A stretch of 58,849 bases of DNA from an uncultured virus (IMG/VR IMGVR_UViG_3300033121_001601) (IMGVR_UViG_3300033121_001601:62001-120849); one strand, 5' to 3'. Shown: positions 29,173-38,653, numbered from the stretch's first letter. Notes: generated by a model not told the origin, from the letters alone. Made by a program: numbers and translations.

Positions 29173-29796
29173 ATGAAGCCTCTGCAACATGCAAAAATCT
29201 CGGCCAAGAAACATGGCGGTAAGTGGGAGGACTACATCGACATCCATGAGTTCTTTGACCAGACAAAGGCACACATCCCGGACATGAGGCACCGGGCCAT
29301 TTTGCACAACTCCCTAGGCATTTACCTTGCCCAACAAGTTTTCGGAGAGGTTCGGATCAATAGCGCTGGACGAGAATACTCGGTTCGGGACATTGGGGAA
29401 GACCATGTTCTGGAAGACCTGGGAACCATTCCTTCCATGGCTTCCATCATCGAGTGCATTGATACCAAACATTTGAAATGGCTCGGCGGCTTACCCAAGA
29501 ACAAGCGAACCTTGGTTAGCAAGATACCCCGCAAGAAGTCCGATGAGCCACCAGAGGAGATCATCCACGAAGGGGCCTGTACGGCCTGCGGACTGGAAGA
29601 TGGCCGCCACACCCAGGAGTGCCCCGAGAAGGGCAAGGAAAGGACGCTGGAGGTCAAGGAAGGGTTGGTTGATGGGAAGTGTGAAGACTGTCCAGATTTG
29701 AAGAGAGTTGAAGAGGCTCCACACTCTGGACTCTCGGGCAGGGACATGGTAGTAGATGGAGCGGCTTCTTTCCGAAGCGCATTGATGAGGGACTAA
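29173..29796 (+). CDS. DUF6915-like His-rich protein with C-terminal extension
   Basis: PLQHAKISAKKHGGKWEDYIDIHEFFDQTK...RHRAILHNSLG...VRDIGEDHVLEDLG. Confidence 0.7.
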   Translation: MKPLQHAKISAKKHGGKWEDYIDIHEFFDQTKAHIPDMRHRAILHNSLGIYLAQQVFGEVRINSAGREYSVRDIGEDHVLEDLGTIPSMASIIECIDTKHLKWLGGLPKNKRTLVSKIPRKKSDEPPEEIIHEGACTACGLEDGRHTQECPEKGKERTLEVKEGLVDGKCEDCPDLKRVEEAPHSGLSGRDMVVDGAASFRSALMRD

Positions 29797-29817
29797 CGCC
29801 CCAAAAGGACTAAGATA

Positions 29818-30165
29818 ATGGCACACCGGATTCACATTCCAACCGTAGGAGACAAATTGGTTCTTGCAGAACCATGGACCTTTACCCTGCATTATGAGTA
29901 CCGAAACAAGAAGTTGTTCCAGATGGCAATTCCGGTCAAAGACCGGGAAGGCGGCGGATACGGCAAGTTGGGTAATTCTTTGCAACTAACATTCCCGACA
30001 GGCTGGGAACTGAAGGTTACTCGGGTATACATCCGGCAAGGACGGCCGGGATATGATTCCATTAGCTTTATGTGCCCCTACAATGGGAAGAATGTAAGGT
30101 TTTGGGTCAAACTACAAGATGTCAACAAGATGATCGTGGTGGAGGAGAGTGAGCATGACGATTGA
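29818..30165 (+). CDS. Hypothetical phage protein
   Basis: IPTVGDKLVLAEPWTFTLHYEYRN...RVYIRQG...RFWVKLQDVN. Confidence 0.65.
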   Translation: MAHRIHIPTVGDKLVLAEPWTFTLHYEYRNKKLFQMAIPVKDREGGGYGKLGNSLQLTFPTGWELKVTRVYIRQGRPGYDSISFMCPYNGKNVRFWVKLQDVNKMIVVEESEHDD

Positions 30166-30547
30166 ACTCACCGAAGAAGAGAAGGCTATGACTCTGGAGG
30201 AGTTTGAGGATCAGCAAGAGAAGATAGACCGTCCGCCGGATATCCAGGATGAGAATAGAAATTGGGTCTGTGGTGAGTGCAAGGATCGGCACCTGGATTC
30301 TTGTAAGATTTACCAGCATTTCCGAAGATGGTATGAAAAGCTGACTCAGGAGAACGAGAAGGCTCAAAATCAGCCACGCCCTGAGTGGATGTGTTCGGGA
30401 TGTGACGAACCCAAGGAAGGGCCTCATCGATTCTCCTGTTATGCGAGTGAAACCAAAGCAAATCAACTGACGGTTTCGGCAACTCAGAAAGAGGATGGGA
30501 CGTTTATGACCCATCTTTCAGGGACAGACCTATCTTTAAAAGGGTGA
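30149..30547 (+). CDS. Hypothetical Zn-finger protein
   Basis: Two WxCxxC...H...C repeats. Confidence 0.55.
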   Translation: MSMTIELTEEEKAMTLEEFEDQQEKIDRPPDIQDENRNWVCGECKDRHLDSCKIYQHFRRWYEKLTQENEKAQNQPRPEWMCSGCDEPKEGPHRFSCYASETKANQLTVSATQKEDGTFMTHLSGTDLSLKG

Positions 30548-31152
30548 GCTATACCACCCTTCAAACCAAACTGGCAAAGCTAAAGAATGGGGACCGACTT
30601 CCCCTAGACATGCTACGAGAGCTTGCTGACTGCAACCCTCATTGGTCTTTTTATAAAGGGAAACAGCAATTCAAGCTGGCGGATCATATTTCCCTTGTCT
30701 CTGAGTTCAGATTTCGGAGGTGGACCGAGAGCACCCAGAAGACAGATGGCTCGTGGAACTTCCATGAGGCCAAGGGGAACCTGACGTTCAAGGATGGCAC
30801 CAAAGCTACCGTTCACTTCGACCAATCCAGCTTTTACAAGATGGACGTTTTGGGTTCCAGATACAGGAACACTTATTTCGGTCTTTTGAAGCCTGGAAAG
30901 TTGGCTATTGTGGCCGAAGAAGTTATTTCGTTGTTGACCGAACACGAAATGATTATGGATGGAATCGACAGTCACCAACAGAATCGCCTTCAGGTTTCAG
31001 AAGGGACACCGGTTATGGTATTGAAGACGTTGATGTTCGACTCCATCCCCTTGGTGAAAGTTCTGTGCGGTGAAGAAATCAGGTGGACGTATGGAGTTCT
31101 ATATGACAAGGACACCTTTGATGCAAACGACAACGACAACCATTGGCTCTGA
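30544..31152 (+). CDS. Hypothetical protein with C-terminal SH3-like domain
   Basis: LKPGKLAIV...KVLCGEEIRW. Confidence 0.55.
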   Translation: MSYTTLQTKLAKLKNGDRLPLDMLRELADCNPHWSFYKGKQQFKLADHISLVSEFRFRRWTESTQKTDGSWNFHEAKGNLTFKDGTKATVHFDQSSFYKMDVLGSRYRNTYFGLLKPGKLAIVAEEVISLLTEHEMIMDGIDSHQQNRLQVSEGTPVMVLKTLMFDSIPLVKVLCGEEIRWTYGVLYDKDTFDANDNDNHWL

Positions 31153-31444
31153 AACTAAAAAAAAAGCCGCTCTCAATGAGCTGAAATCAGGGAAGTGGTA
31201 CAAGATTCGAGGCCCGAAGAACACGTTGCTCCTGTTCAAAGAACCGAACATACAAGCCAAAACTGTTGGAGCCTTGAAAGACACCCAAATTTTCATGGTG
31301 ATCCAAACTGGTGAAACTCATGCTGCCCTGGAACAAGACAGTCTGAAGAACCGGAAGTGGGTCTACCTGGGAGTTGGCGAGCAATTTGGCTATGTCAGCT
31401 TCAGTGCATTAACAATGTTCGACGAAGTGACTCCGGAGACCTGA
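31121..31444 (+). CDS. SH3-like paralog
   Basis: LKSGKWYKI...YLGVGEQFGYV. Confidence 0.6.
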   Translation: MQTTTTTIGSETKKKAALNELKSGKWYKIRGPKNTLLLFKEPNIQAKTVGALKDTQIFMVIQTGETHAALEQDSLKNRKWVYLGVGEQFGYVSFSALTMFDEVTPET

Positions 31445-31485
31445 GCCCCAGGGAGCCTATCTACCTTCAGGTGCAGGAGGCTCTC

Positions 31486-32109
31486 ATGACTGTTATTATG
31501 GCCCTGAAACGTAACGGACAGGTTTGGCTTGGCGCAGATACACGAATCACTGATGGTGATTATGGAATCGACTATCAAGTGAGCGAACACGAAGATTTCC
31601 ATCATTCCCTGGAAATGGACTCAAAGTTAGTTCTACTGGATCATGCTATCATCGGATGTGCTGGGGATGTCACCATGCGGAATTACCTGGAGTTATTTGT
31701 CTCTAGAAACAAGAACAAAACTCTTCCTTTCGACCACAAGCTTCATGTGATCGAATTCTTCATTGTCTTCAAGAAGTTCCTGAAAAAAGAAGCAGGACTT
31801 GGCGACTCTGGCTCTAATGAAGTTCAGGGCATACACAACACCTCTTGGCTGGTTGCCACTCCAGAACGCATCTTCACAGTTGACTATGACGGAGCCGTTC
31901 TGGAATATCCTGTTATGTGCGCGGTTGGTAGTGGCACATACAGTGCAAGAGCTGCCCTGGAATATATGTTGGAATATCAGCCAAAGATTCTGCCCACCAA
32001 AATGCTGGAAAGAGCCCATGAGATTGTTGTCAGGCACAACCTGACCTGTGGCGGCAACCAAATCCAGATAAACGTAACGAAGGCACTTGGCTCTGTTGAA
32101 ACTGAGTAA
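31486..32109 (+). CDS. HslV/proteasome beta-subunit-like Ntn-hydrolase
   Basis: AGGAGG SD; M-T1 start (MTVIMAL...LGADTRIT), SKL, IGCAG, AVGSG, TCGG. Confidence 0.85.
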   Translation: MTVIMALKRNGQVWLGADTRITDGDYGIDYQVSEHEDFHHSLEMDSKLVLLDHAIIGCAGDVTMRNYLELFVSRNKNKTLPFDHKLHVIEFFIVFKKFLKKEAGLGDSGSNEVQGIHNTSWLVATPERIFTVDYDGAVLEYPVMCAVGSGTYSARAALEYMLEYQPKILPTKMLERAHEIVVRHNLTCGGNQIQINVTKALGSVETE

Positions 32110-32150
32110 TGGGGGTGGATTTCTGTTATTTGGTGTGCTACCATACTCGT

Positions 32151-32954
32151 ATGGGTCGCGTAATTTGCATCACAGATGTGCATGGGTGCTACGATGAATT
32201 TATGCTTCTGCTGGAAAAAGCAAAGTATTCTGAGGGAGTAGACCGGCTAGTTTTGGCCGGAGACCTTGTAGATCGTGGGCCGGCTTCTGCCAAGGTGGTC
32301 CAGTGGACTAGGCTGGCTATGGCCAAACACCCTGGGCTTGTTGAGTGCGTGATGGGCAACCATGATGAAAAGCATTTCCGTTACTGGAAGCATGTCCTAA
32401 AAAAAAGAGAACATTCTAACTATAAGATCCCCATGCGACCCTTTAGCATGGACAAACTTCAGGTTTTCAACTCCTTTGAGGATGAAGATCTGGAGTTTAT
32501 CGGTCAGTTGCCAGCTTTCATTTCCCTCCAGGAAGACCGAGAGGGTTGGTTGGTAGTGCACGCTGGCTTGGAGCCTGGAAAGGATTTGAAAGACCAGGAC
32601 GTGGGTAAAATGACCCATATTCGATTCTTGCACCAAGAGACACGTAAAACGGTTTCTTTGGATGATAACCACCAGCCTCCGGCTGGCTCTGTGTACTGGA
32701 CGGAAGTGTACGACCTCCCTTACAGTGTGGTTTATGGCCACACTGTCCATAGCTTTACCAAACCGGAAGTAACAAGGAAGGCTCACGGTCCGACACTTGT
32801 GGGTCTTGACACAGGAGTCTGCTTTGGTGGTCGCCTTTCAGCGTTTTTCATTCCGGAACATGGAGAAAAAGTAGGGCCTGAACATTTTGTACAGGTCCAA
32901 GCCAGCAAAGCCTACTCTAGGAGTCTTCTTCAGAATGTCAAATGGGATGAGTAA
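32151..32954 (+). CDS. Ser/Thr phosphatase-family metallophosphoesterase (PrpE/ApaH-like)
   Basis: DVHGC, GDLVDRGP, MGNHD, VHAG, VVYGHT, LDTGVCFGGRLSA. Confidence 0.92.
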   Translation: MGRVICITDVHGCYDEFMLLLEKAKYSEGVDRLVLAGDLVDRGPASAKVVQWTRLAMAKHPGLVECVMGNHDEKHFRYWKHVLKKREHSNYKIPMRPFSMDKLQVFNSFEDEDLEFIGQLPAFISLQEDREGWLVVHAGLEPGKDLKDQDVGKMTHIRFLHQETRKTVSLDDNHQPPAGSVYWTEVYDLPYSVVYGHTVHSFTKPEVTRKAHGPTLVGLDTGVCFGGRLSAFFIPEHGEKVGPEHFVQVQASKAYSRSLLQNVKWDE

Positions 32955-32957
32955 GCC

Positions 32958-33221
32958 ATGCCTGTAACTCCCGCACAAGCCCGGAAATTCTACAAAGAAC
33001 GAGAGGAATTGCTGGAAAAAATTGACGAAGCCATTCTCGCAGCTTACACTAAGAGCATTCCTGCGAAGATAGAAGTTGTCATCTCGAAAGAGCATTACAA
33101 AAACGAACTTTTGGCAGAGTGGCTGATGAATCAATACGAGGAAGCGGGTTGGAAGACTTATTTCGACAGACATTCTGGCGAAGAGGTATTCTTGTTTGTT
33201 CTCACGGAAGCAACAAAATGA
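32958..33221 (+). CDS. Hypothetical protein
   Basis: 87-aa ORF; resembles 55868-56245 (Y..AGW). Confidence 0.55.
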   Translation: MPVTPAQARKFYKEREELLEKIDEAILAAYTKSIPAKIEVVISKEHYKNELLAEWLMNQYEEAGWKTYFDRHSGEEVFLFVLTEATK

Positions 33222-33512
33222 GCATCAAGGCTGTCAACTGCGACTCTATGAAAGGCTACATTTTTTAATGAACGAATGGCTCGAAAAGTCTGTGAGTTCA
33301 TCGGAGCACACGAGAGCAATGGAGAGAGTAACGACCTTTTTGTGGTCAATTGCCACATGGGGGTCTCTCGGAGTTGTACTGTATCTGATTTTGTACGGTC
33401 TGTATGCGGCATCGACTATGGGTTCCGGAAGCGGATGAACCCACGGAACAATTTGAACTTTTTGGTCAAGGCCTTGCTTAGGGCAGCCTGGGAAGAGTTT
33501 GACAAAACATGA
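33218..33512 (+). pseudogene. Truncated/frameshifted Cys-based (PTP/DSP-like) phosphatase
   Basis: CX5R loop VNCHMGVSRS; the ATG 33218 frame hits TAA at a T6 run (33261-33266), and removing one T restores a continuous frame. Confidence 0.6.
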
Positions 33513-33715
33513 AACAAGATACGATTGAGAGTCTGGCCCTGGAATTGGCGCAAGCGGCCGGAGAGTCAAATTGGAGAGGCCCTGGAATCCAAAGGGACAT
33601 TGATTCAGCCAGCAATGGCTGGATACGATGGTCCAGTGTCGTTGGATGGCCTCGTGAACTGGCAGAGCGAATCGATCGATTCGTCACAGAACAAAGGTCT
33701 CATCGGGGCAAGTAG
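33509..33715 (+). CDS. Hypothetical protein
   Basis: ATGA overlap with the upstream gene. Confidence 0.45.
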   Translation: MKQDTIESLALELAQAAGESNWRGPGIQRDIDSASNGWIRWSSVVGWPRELAERIDRFVTEQRSHRGK

Positions 33716-33780
33716 TGCTTTCTTCAGTCCGATAGCACGAAGTGAATAAAGGCTTCCGCAGAAGGGATGTTTTGTATGGC

Positions 33781-34218
33781 CTAGCTGATCGGGTTGTTTC
33801 CGAAGTTGCCAACAACAATGAAGTGGGTTCCGTCGCTCTTCAGGATGGCAGAAGCACCAACCGTAGCAGCGAAAGTAAGCTTGGCACCAGCAACCGAGCC
33901 AGAGACCAGAGCAGTTGTTCCTGCGGTCTCCTGGGAGCTGGTAACAATGTGAGCCGAGGCCGAACCAACTTTGAACACAAACTCAGCTCCGGGGCAAGAA
34001 GCAGCCGTTGGCAGAACCACGGTCTGAACTCCAGAGCCAGAGATGATATTCACTCCACCGTCACCTGCGGTGAGGGTAGAAGATCCAATGGTTGGAACCC
34101 CGTCAACAGGGAATGGCGCAAAGCCCCGGTTGGCAGTGGTGCGTTCGATGGAAACTCCAGTTTCATCCTTGTAGGTAACTGGACCCAAAGTAGAGTCGAT
34201 ACGAGTTTTAAGCGGCAT
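33781..34218 (-). CDS. Gly/Ser/Thr-rich beta protein, possible virion decoration/fibre component
   Basis: TVVLPTAASCPGAEFVFK...LKSDGTHFIV; TATTTA and AAGGGGG upstream. Confidence 0.6.
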   Translation of the reverse strand: MPLKTRIDSTLGPVTYKDETGVSIERTTANRGFAPFPVDGVPTIGSSTLTAGDGGVNIISGSGVQTVVLPTAASCPGAEFVFKVGSASAHIVTSSQETAGTTALVSGSVAGAKLTFAATVGASAILKSDGTHFIVVGNFGNNPIS

Positions 34219-34395
34219 GATGATCCCCCTTGAAGGTGCCAATAAATAGGATAATCGGGATCAATCATTCTGCCAAAATCGGCTTGCTTCAGTTGAGCCT
34301 GGAAGGTATCTAGGTTTTTGCCTTCTGGGCTGTACTTTCTGACTATTATAAGGAGAAGGTCAGCGGCCGTGAGCCTCTTTTCCTAATTAAGCAGC

Positions 34396-35244
34396 ATGGA
34401 CCCAAACAATCTTCTGAAAGAGTACATTAATGCCATCCTGGAATCCAGGGAAGAAGACTTCCAAAAGATTCAGGCAGCCAACGAGAGTTACGATGCCATC
34501 CTGGGCTATATCCGCAGGCTTGGCAGAGACCCAAAGGCTTTCGCTCGTGTCTTCCAGACCAATGACCAGGGCTTCTTCACAGGTTTTGCTTTGGGAGCCA
34601 GGGTGAGACGAGAAGAGCACCTTCAACTGGCCGTGTTCTTCATGGACAGGGGGCTGGCTGGCACAAAAGGCAAGGTGAATGCCCAGGCTTCCCGGATCCG
34701 TGTGAGGCCGATGAGCACCACAGCAGCGGCCATCAAGGGCTACCAGATTAGGATCTACTTTGATGCTCCGGAGGAAGTCAGGACGAGCCCCAAAACCTAC
34801 AACAAATGGCTTGCAGCCAACCTGGAGGATTTGCTGACGAACGACGGCACAAGATCTTCTTACGTTCACGAGTTCACTCACGTCCAAGACTTCAAGCGAA
34901 TGGACCCCAAGTTCCTCCTTCAGAGAGGACAACAAAAACAAGCCGAAAAAGAGAGACAGCAGCAAGCCGGGGAGAAGTCAAGAGACTTTGGGGCCTATGC
35001 CAACGACCCCTTGGAGTTGAATGCCTACTTCTCTCAGGCCATGTCGGATGTGCAAACCCAACTCAAGAATGTAAAAACTCCCGAGGAGAAAAGAGCTATC
35101 ATCGGCTCCTCCCCGCAAGAGTTCGTTGACAAGTTTATGGGTTCCTACCTCAAGAAGCAGGTTCGGAAGAACATCGACCCCGAGAACTGGAGAAGGCTTG
35201 CCAAGAGAGTTGCTACTTCTTGGGAGCTACTTATTGGAGCGTAA
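34396..35244 (+). CDS. HExxH zincin-like metallopeptidase, possible virion protein
   Basis: YVHEFTHVQD...YANDPLELNAY; N-terminal LLKEYINAILES. Confidence 0.7.
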   Translation: MDPNNLLKEYINAILESREEDFQKIQAANESYDAILGYIRRLGRDPKAFARVFQTNDQGFFTGFALGARVRREEHLQLAVFFMDRGLAGTKGKVNAQASRIRVRPMSTTAAAIKGYQIRIYFDAPEEVRTSPKTYNKWLAANLEDLLTNDGTRSSYVHEFTHVQDFKRMDPKFLLQRGQQKQAEKERQQQAGEKSRDFGAYANDPLELNAYFSQAMSDVQTQLKNVKTPEEKRAIIGSSPQEFVDKFMGSYLKKQVRKNIDPENWRRLAKRVATSWELLIGA

Positions 35245-35246
35245 TC

Positions 35247-35984
35247 ATGAAGAAATCTGAATTCGTTGCCTTGGTTCGTGAAGCTGTCCTGGCTGGTATT
35301 GAAGAAGCCAACTACCCCGAGGGGTTCAACGTGGAGGAGTTCAAGGCTCTTCCTTCATTTGCAGCCCGAATGAAGTACGTCAAAGCAAGACTTCCCAAGG
35401 TTGCTCAGGGAAGCGCAAGAGCCGTCTTTATCGTGGATGATGCCACCGTCCTGAAGGTGGCCATGAACGAGAAGGGGAAGGCCCAGAATGACGTTGAAGC
35501 TGACGTTGGCAGGCAAGGGGGCTACCCTGTTGCCCAGGTCTTTGAGGTAGGGGACGGCGGGGCTTGGATTGAGATGGAAAGAGCCACCAAGGCCACTCCT
35601 AAACTCTTCAAACAACTGGCCGGGGTGGACATCAAGACCTTTGAGCAGGTTGTTCGTTACTATGACATGGATATGAAGGGGAGAACCCAGTACATGGCCA
35701 GACCAGCGAACTATGATGATTTGGTCTCTGGAGACAACGAACTCATCAATGATGTCCTGGGGATGATGGCTGACTACAACATGCCAGGAGGTGACATTGG
35801 GCGCATCTCATCCTGGGGAGTTGTCAACCGAGGCCAGCCAACGCTTGTCATGATTGATTTTGGGCTCACCCAGACGGTTTGGGATGACTACTATGCTCCC
35901 AAGACAGCACCAACAAACTATGTAAGGCCAGCACCAGGAATGTACCCTTGGGGGGCTCCCATGAAGGAAAACAAGAAGCAATAG
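35247..35984 (+). CDS. Protein-kinase-fold protein, possible virion protein
   Basis: QGSARAVF, VLKVA, QNDVE, WIEMERA, GDIGRISSWG, VMIDFGL. Confidence 0.75.
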   Translation: MKKSEFVALVREAVLAGIEEANYPEGFNVEEFKALPSFAARMKYVKARLPKVAQGSARAVFIVDDATVLKVAMNEKGKAQNDVEADVGRQGGYPVAQVFEVGDGGAWIEMERATKATPKLFKQLAGVDIKTFEQVVRYYDMDMKGRTQYMARPANYDDLVSGDNELINDVLGMMADYNMPGGDIGRISSWGVVNRGQPTLVMIDFGLTQTVWDDYYAPKTAPTNYVRPAPGMYPWGAPMKENKKQ

Positions 35985-36265
35985 GCAGTTTTCGGTGATG
36001 CCCAGCACCCTTCGAAAAGTCGAGAGTCCCATAGATGGGAGATGATCCTACTGGAAACACAGGTCAGAGGCTTTTGGTCTACAGTTCCCGTATCCTCTAA
36101 GATTTGTGGGGCCGGGATTCAGGTCAAGATTGTACTCTGACGGATGGTTCTGTTGCGGGGGTGGTTACCGCACTCCCAACTTCTCCAAGCTCTGATGCAC
36201 TATAATGCAGGAACAAGCTGATTTAGGGCTGTTTTAATGCACTATAGTGCAGGAGTCCTGCTCAC

Positions 36266-36772
36266 TCACTCGAAGTCAGCAGGCTCCAAACCTTCGATGT
36301 CCAGCTCCGTCTGGTTGCCACGGTTGATGGCAGCACGGAGGGACTCAGCGTACCCTGTAGCCTTTACGGCCAGTTCCACCGCTTCCTTGATCGGAACGGT
36401 ACGAACCGAGGATACCTCATCGGCAGAGCGAGAACGGCTCCGGTAAGGGTTGGCATCCTCCATGGAGGCTTTCCTCCACAAAGCTTCCACTCGGCCAGCT
36501 CCTCCCACACGCTTGACAGCTTCAGTGAGAGTCATGACCTTGCTTCCAGCCTTCACAGTCACCTGGAGGTTGTACCGAGCTTGACCAACCTGGAGACGCG
36601 CGATGGCATCTTCTGCCCGGTTCATCTCAGCCACCAGTTCTTGAGGCTTCGCCTTGGCCTCCTCACGTCCTGGGAAGACATGCAGGGAGCCATCGAACTG
36701 CTTGTGTGCCGCTTCGAGACGCAGTGCCCACCGACGGAGGGCATCACGAAACATACCGCCGTTTACCTTCAT
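36266..36772 (-). CDS. Helical protein, possibly DIP1984/septicolysin-like
   Basis: IARLQVGQARYNLQVTV...MTLTEAV...LRAAINRGN pattern; family call tentative. Confidence 0.45.
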   Translation of the reverse strand: MKVNGGMFRDALRRWALRLEAAHKQFDGSLHVFPGREEAKAKPQELVAEMNRAEDAIARLQVGQARYNLQVTVKAGSKVMTLTEAVKRVGGAGRVEALWRKASMEDANPYRSRSRSADEVSSVRTVPIKEAVELAVKATGYAESLRAAINRGNQTELDIEGLEPADFE

Positions 36773-36836
36773 AACAACCTTTCAGGCTCCAAAAAGCCAA
36801 GATCCTAACTATGTTGTCCGGAACCAAACTTCCAGG

Positions 36837-37409
36837 CTAGATGCTGGCTCGGGTGAAGGATTTCACTTCAACCTTCTCACCGCATTTGGCTGAGAATGCC
36901 TTGATGGCCTGTCCAACCGTCTGCTTGGAATCTAGCACAAACGGCTGCTCGGTCAAGACCTTTTCGGAGAAAACTTTCTGCATCTTGCCCTGGAAGGCTT
37001 TCTCCAGCTTCTCGCCCGTCATTCCACGCTTCTCCAGGTCGGAACGAGCAATCTCCTGCTCCGTGAGCAAGTCCTCGTCATCCATGTCTGCCACCGTCCT
37101 GGCAATCGGGTTGGAAGCCATCACGTGCATGGCGATGTTGTTGGCAAGCTCCTGGAACTCCGGGGTCCGAGCAACGAAGTCCGTCTCACAGGCAAGCACT
37201 ACCATCACACCCACACTCTTGTCGTGGTGGATGTAGGAGCCAACCACGCCAGCTTTGGCCGACCTTCCAGTGAAGCTGTCAGCCTTTGCCTCGCCCTTCT
37301 TCCGAAGGATCACCGTGGCCTTCTCAACGTCTCCATTCGCTTCCTTGAGGGCGGAAACGCATGCAGACATACCGGCACCAGTTCTGGCTCTGAGTTCTTG
37401 GATAGACAT
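36837..37409 (-). CDS. tsf: Translation elongation factor Ts (short type)
   Basis: IQELRARTGAGMSAC..AL.EANGDVEKA..ILRKKG, GVVGSYIHH, CETDFVART, IAMHVMASNP, LTEQPFV. Confidence 0.95.
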   Translation of the reverse strand: MSIQELRARTGAGMSACVSALKEANGDVEKATVILRKKGEAKADSFTGRSAKAGVVGSYIHHDKSVGVMVVLACETDFVARTPEFQELANNIAMHVMASNPIARTVADMDDEDLLTEQEIARSDLEKRGMTGEKLEKAFQGKMQKVFSEKVLTEQPFVLDSKQTVGQAIKAFSAKCGEKVEVKSFTRASI

Positions 37410-37422
37410 GGCTATTCCTTTG

Positions 37423-37510
37423 CGGATCCAGGAGGGATCGAACCTCCGCAACGTTCTTCACGTTGGCCTCCACTTTCCAGGCGGGCACGTTTCCACTCCG
37501 TCATGGATCC
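37423..37510 (-). tRNA. tRNA-Ser(GGA)
   Basis: Acceptor GGATCCA/TGGATCC, loop CT-GGA-AA, long variable arm, G73. Confidence 0.9.
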
Positions 37511-37527
37511 AGGGACGCTTAACTATG

Positions 37528-37980
37528 TCACAGCTCGTAGACGATGAATCGGGCGTCCGTGTTTTTCTCCAGGACATCCAGGATAACCTCTACGTCGTCC
37601 CAGTCAAGTCCTCCGATGCCACAACCGATCTTAGGCATGGCAATCACGGGGAGACTTGGCCCGAAGGTCTGAATGGCACTCCGGAGGGATTGGTCGATCC
37701 ACTCCAGCCGAGCGTATGGGCCTGGACGGTCCTGGGTGGCAAGGTTGAGGATGTACCGTTTTTCGACCCTTCCGGCGTAGTTCTTGCCTTTCCAGACGAA
37801 GGCATCTCCGGGGGAGAAATCCTTGTGCTGGCACTTGAACTTGTACCACTCGAACATCTCGGGGTACCGGTCCTTGAATTGCTTGGCAATCCCAGCACCC
37901 ATCACCCCGAAGGTGTTGCACCCATGGGCAAGGGCAACACCGTCCTCGGCATTGAAAAGGTTGCCCTTGCGCTTGTCCAT
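37528..37980 (-). CDS. Macrodomain protein (ADP-ribosyl hydrolase, Poa1p/DarG-like)
   Basis: KGNLF, AHGCNTFGVMGAGIAKQFK, IAMPKIGCGIGGLDW. Confidence 0.9.
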   Translation of the reverse strand: MDKRKGNLFNAEDGVALAHGCNTFGVMGAGIAKQFKDRYPEMFEWYKFKCQHKDFSPGDAFVWKGKNYAGRVEKRYILNLATQDRPGPYARLEWIDQSLRSAIQTFGPSLPVIAMPKIGCGIGGLDWDDVEVILDVLEKNTDARFIVYEL

Positions 37981-37986
37981 GGTCTG

Positions 37987-38175
37987 TTACTCCCTGGCTT
38001 GGAGCTGCCCTTCAGCAATCATCTGAAGGGTGGTGTAGTAGATTTCCCGACGAACAGGCTTGGGGAGTCTGACGTACTGACGACGTTCAGCCTTGGTCAT
38101 GGTCCTGCGAACCAGAGATCGTTCGTGTGCCCGACGAACCTGGCGAGACATCTTCGAGAGAGGCGCTTGAGCCAT
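37987..38175 (-). CDS. Small basic hypothetical protein
   Basis: 62 aa; AAGGAAG SD. Confidence 0.5.
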   Translation of the reverse strand: MAQAPLSKMSRQVRRAHERSLVRRTMTKAERRQYVRLPKPVRREIYYTTLQMIAEGQLQARE

Positions 38176-38413
38176 TGCAATTTACTTCCTTTTCGAATTC
38201 CTCAGAGGACTCATCCAGTTCTTTCCGAATCTGTTCGGCTAGAACAATAATAGCCCGAGCTGTTTGGTGGTCAGCTTTTGCCACAATGTAACCGTCCGAA
38301 GCCGTTACCTCTTCCGCCCAGTCCGACTCAACCCTCCAGGGCAATGGATGTTCCAGCACTTGTTGCAACACCAAGACTCGAAGCATCCTGTTGGGCAATT
38401 CGTCTGACTCCAT
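38087..38413 (-). CDS. Hypothetical protein
   Basis: 108-aa ORF. Confidence 0.5.
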   Translation of the reverse strand: MESDELPNRMLRVLVLQQVLEHPLPWRVESDWAEEVTASDGYIVAKADHQTARAIIVLAEQIRKELDESSEEFEKEVNCNGSSASLEDVSPGSSGTRTISGSQDHDQG

Positions 38414-38653
38414 GCCAGAAACCTAACACACCCTAGGCATCCATTCCACCTTTTTTCGTATGTTTCCACCACGTCTTGAAAATAGACTCGTCGATACCAA
38501 GGTAGTCCCAGAGAGATGACTCTCCCCCGAACTCTTGCCACTCTTTCACCAGCTCCTCCAGGCTGTCGTTGCAATATATCTGGTCAGGAGGTTGTGACGA
38601 AACAGAAGGATAGGTGGAGATAGAATCGGAAGCGTCTGTCATTATCAACCTAG

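Noticed and set aside
37410..37451. N-terminal extension of EF-Ts in the ORF track
   Set aside because: Overlaps tRNA-Ser; the SD-preceded ATG at 37409 fits the family start.
37255..38250. 331-aa + strand ORF
   Set aside because: Antisense shadow of tsf, tRNA-Ser and the macrodomain gene.
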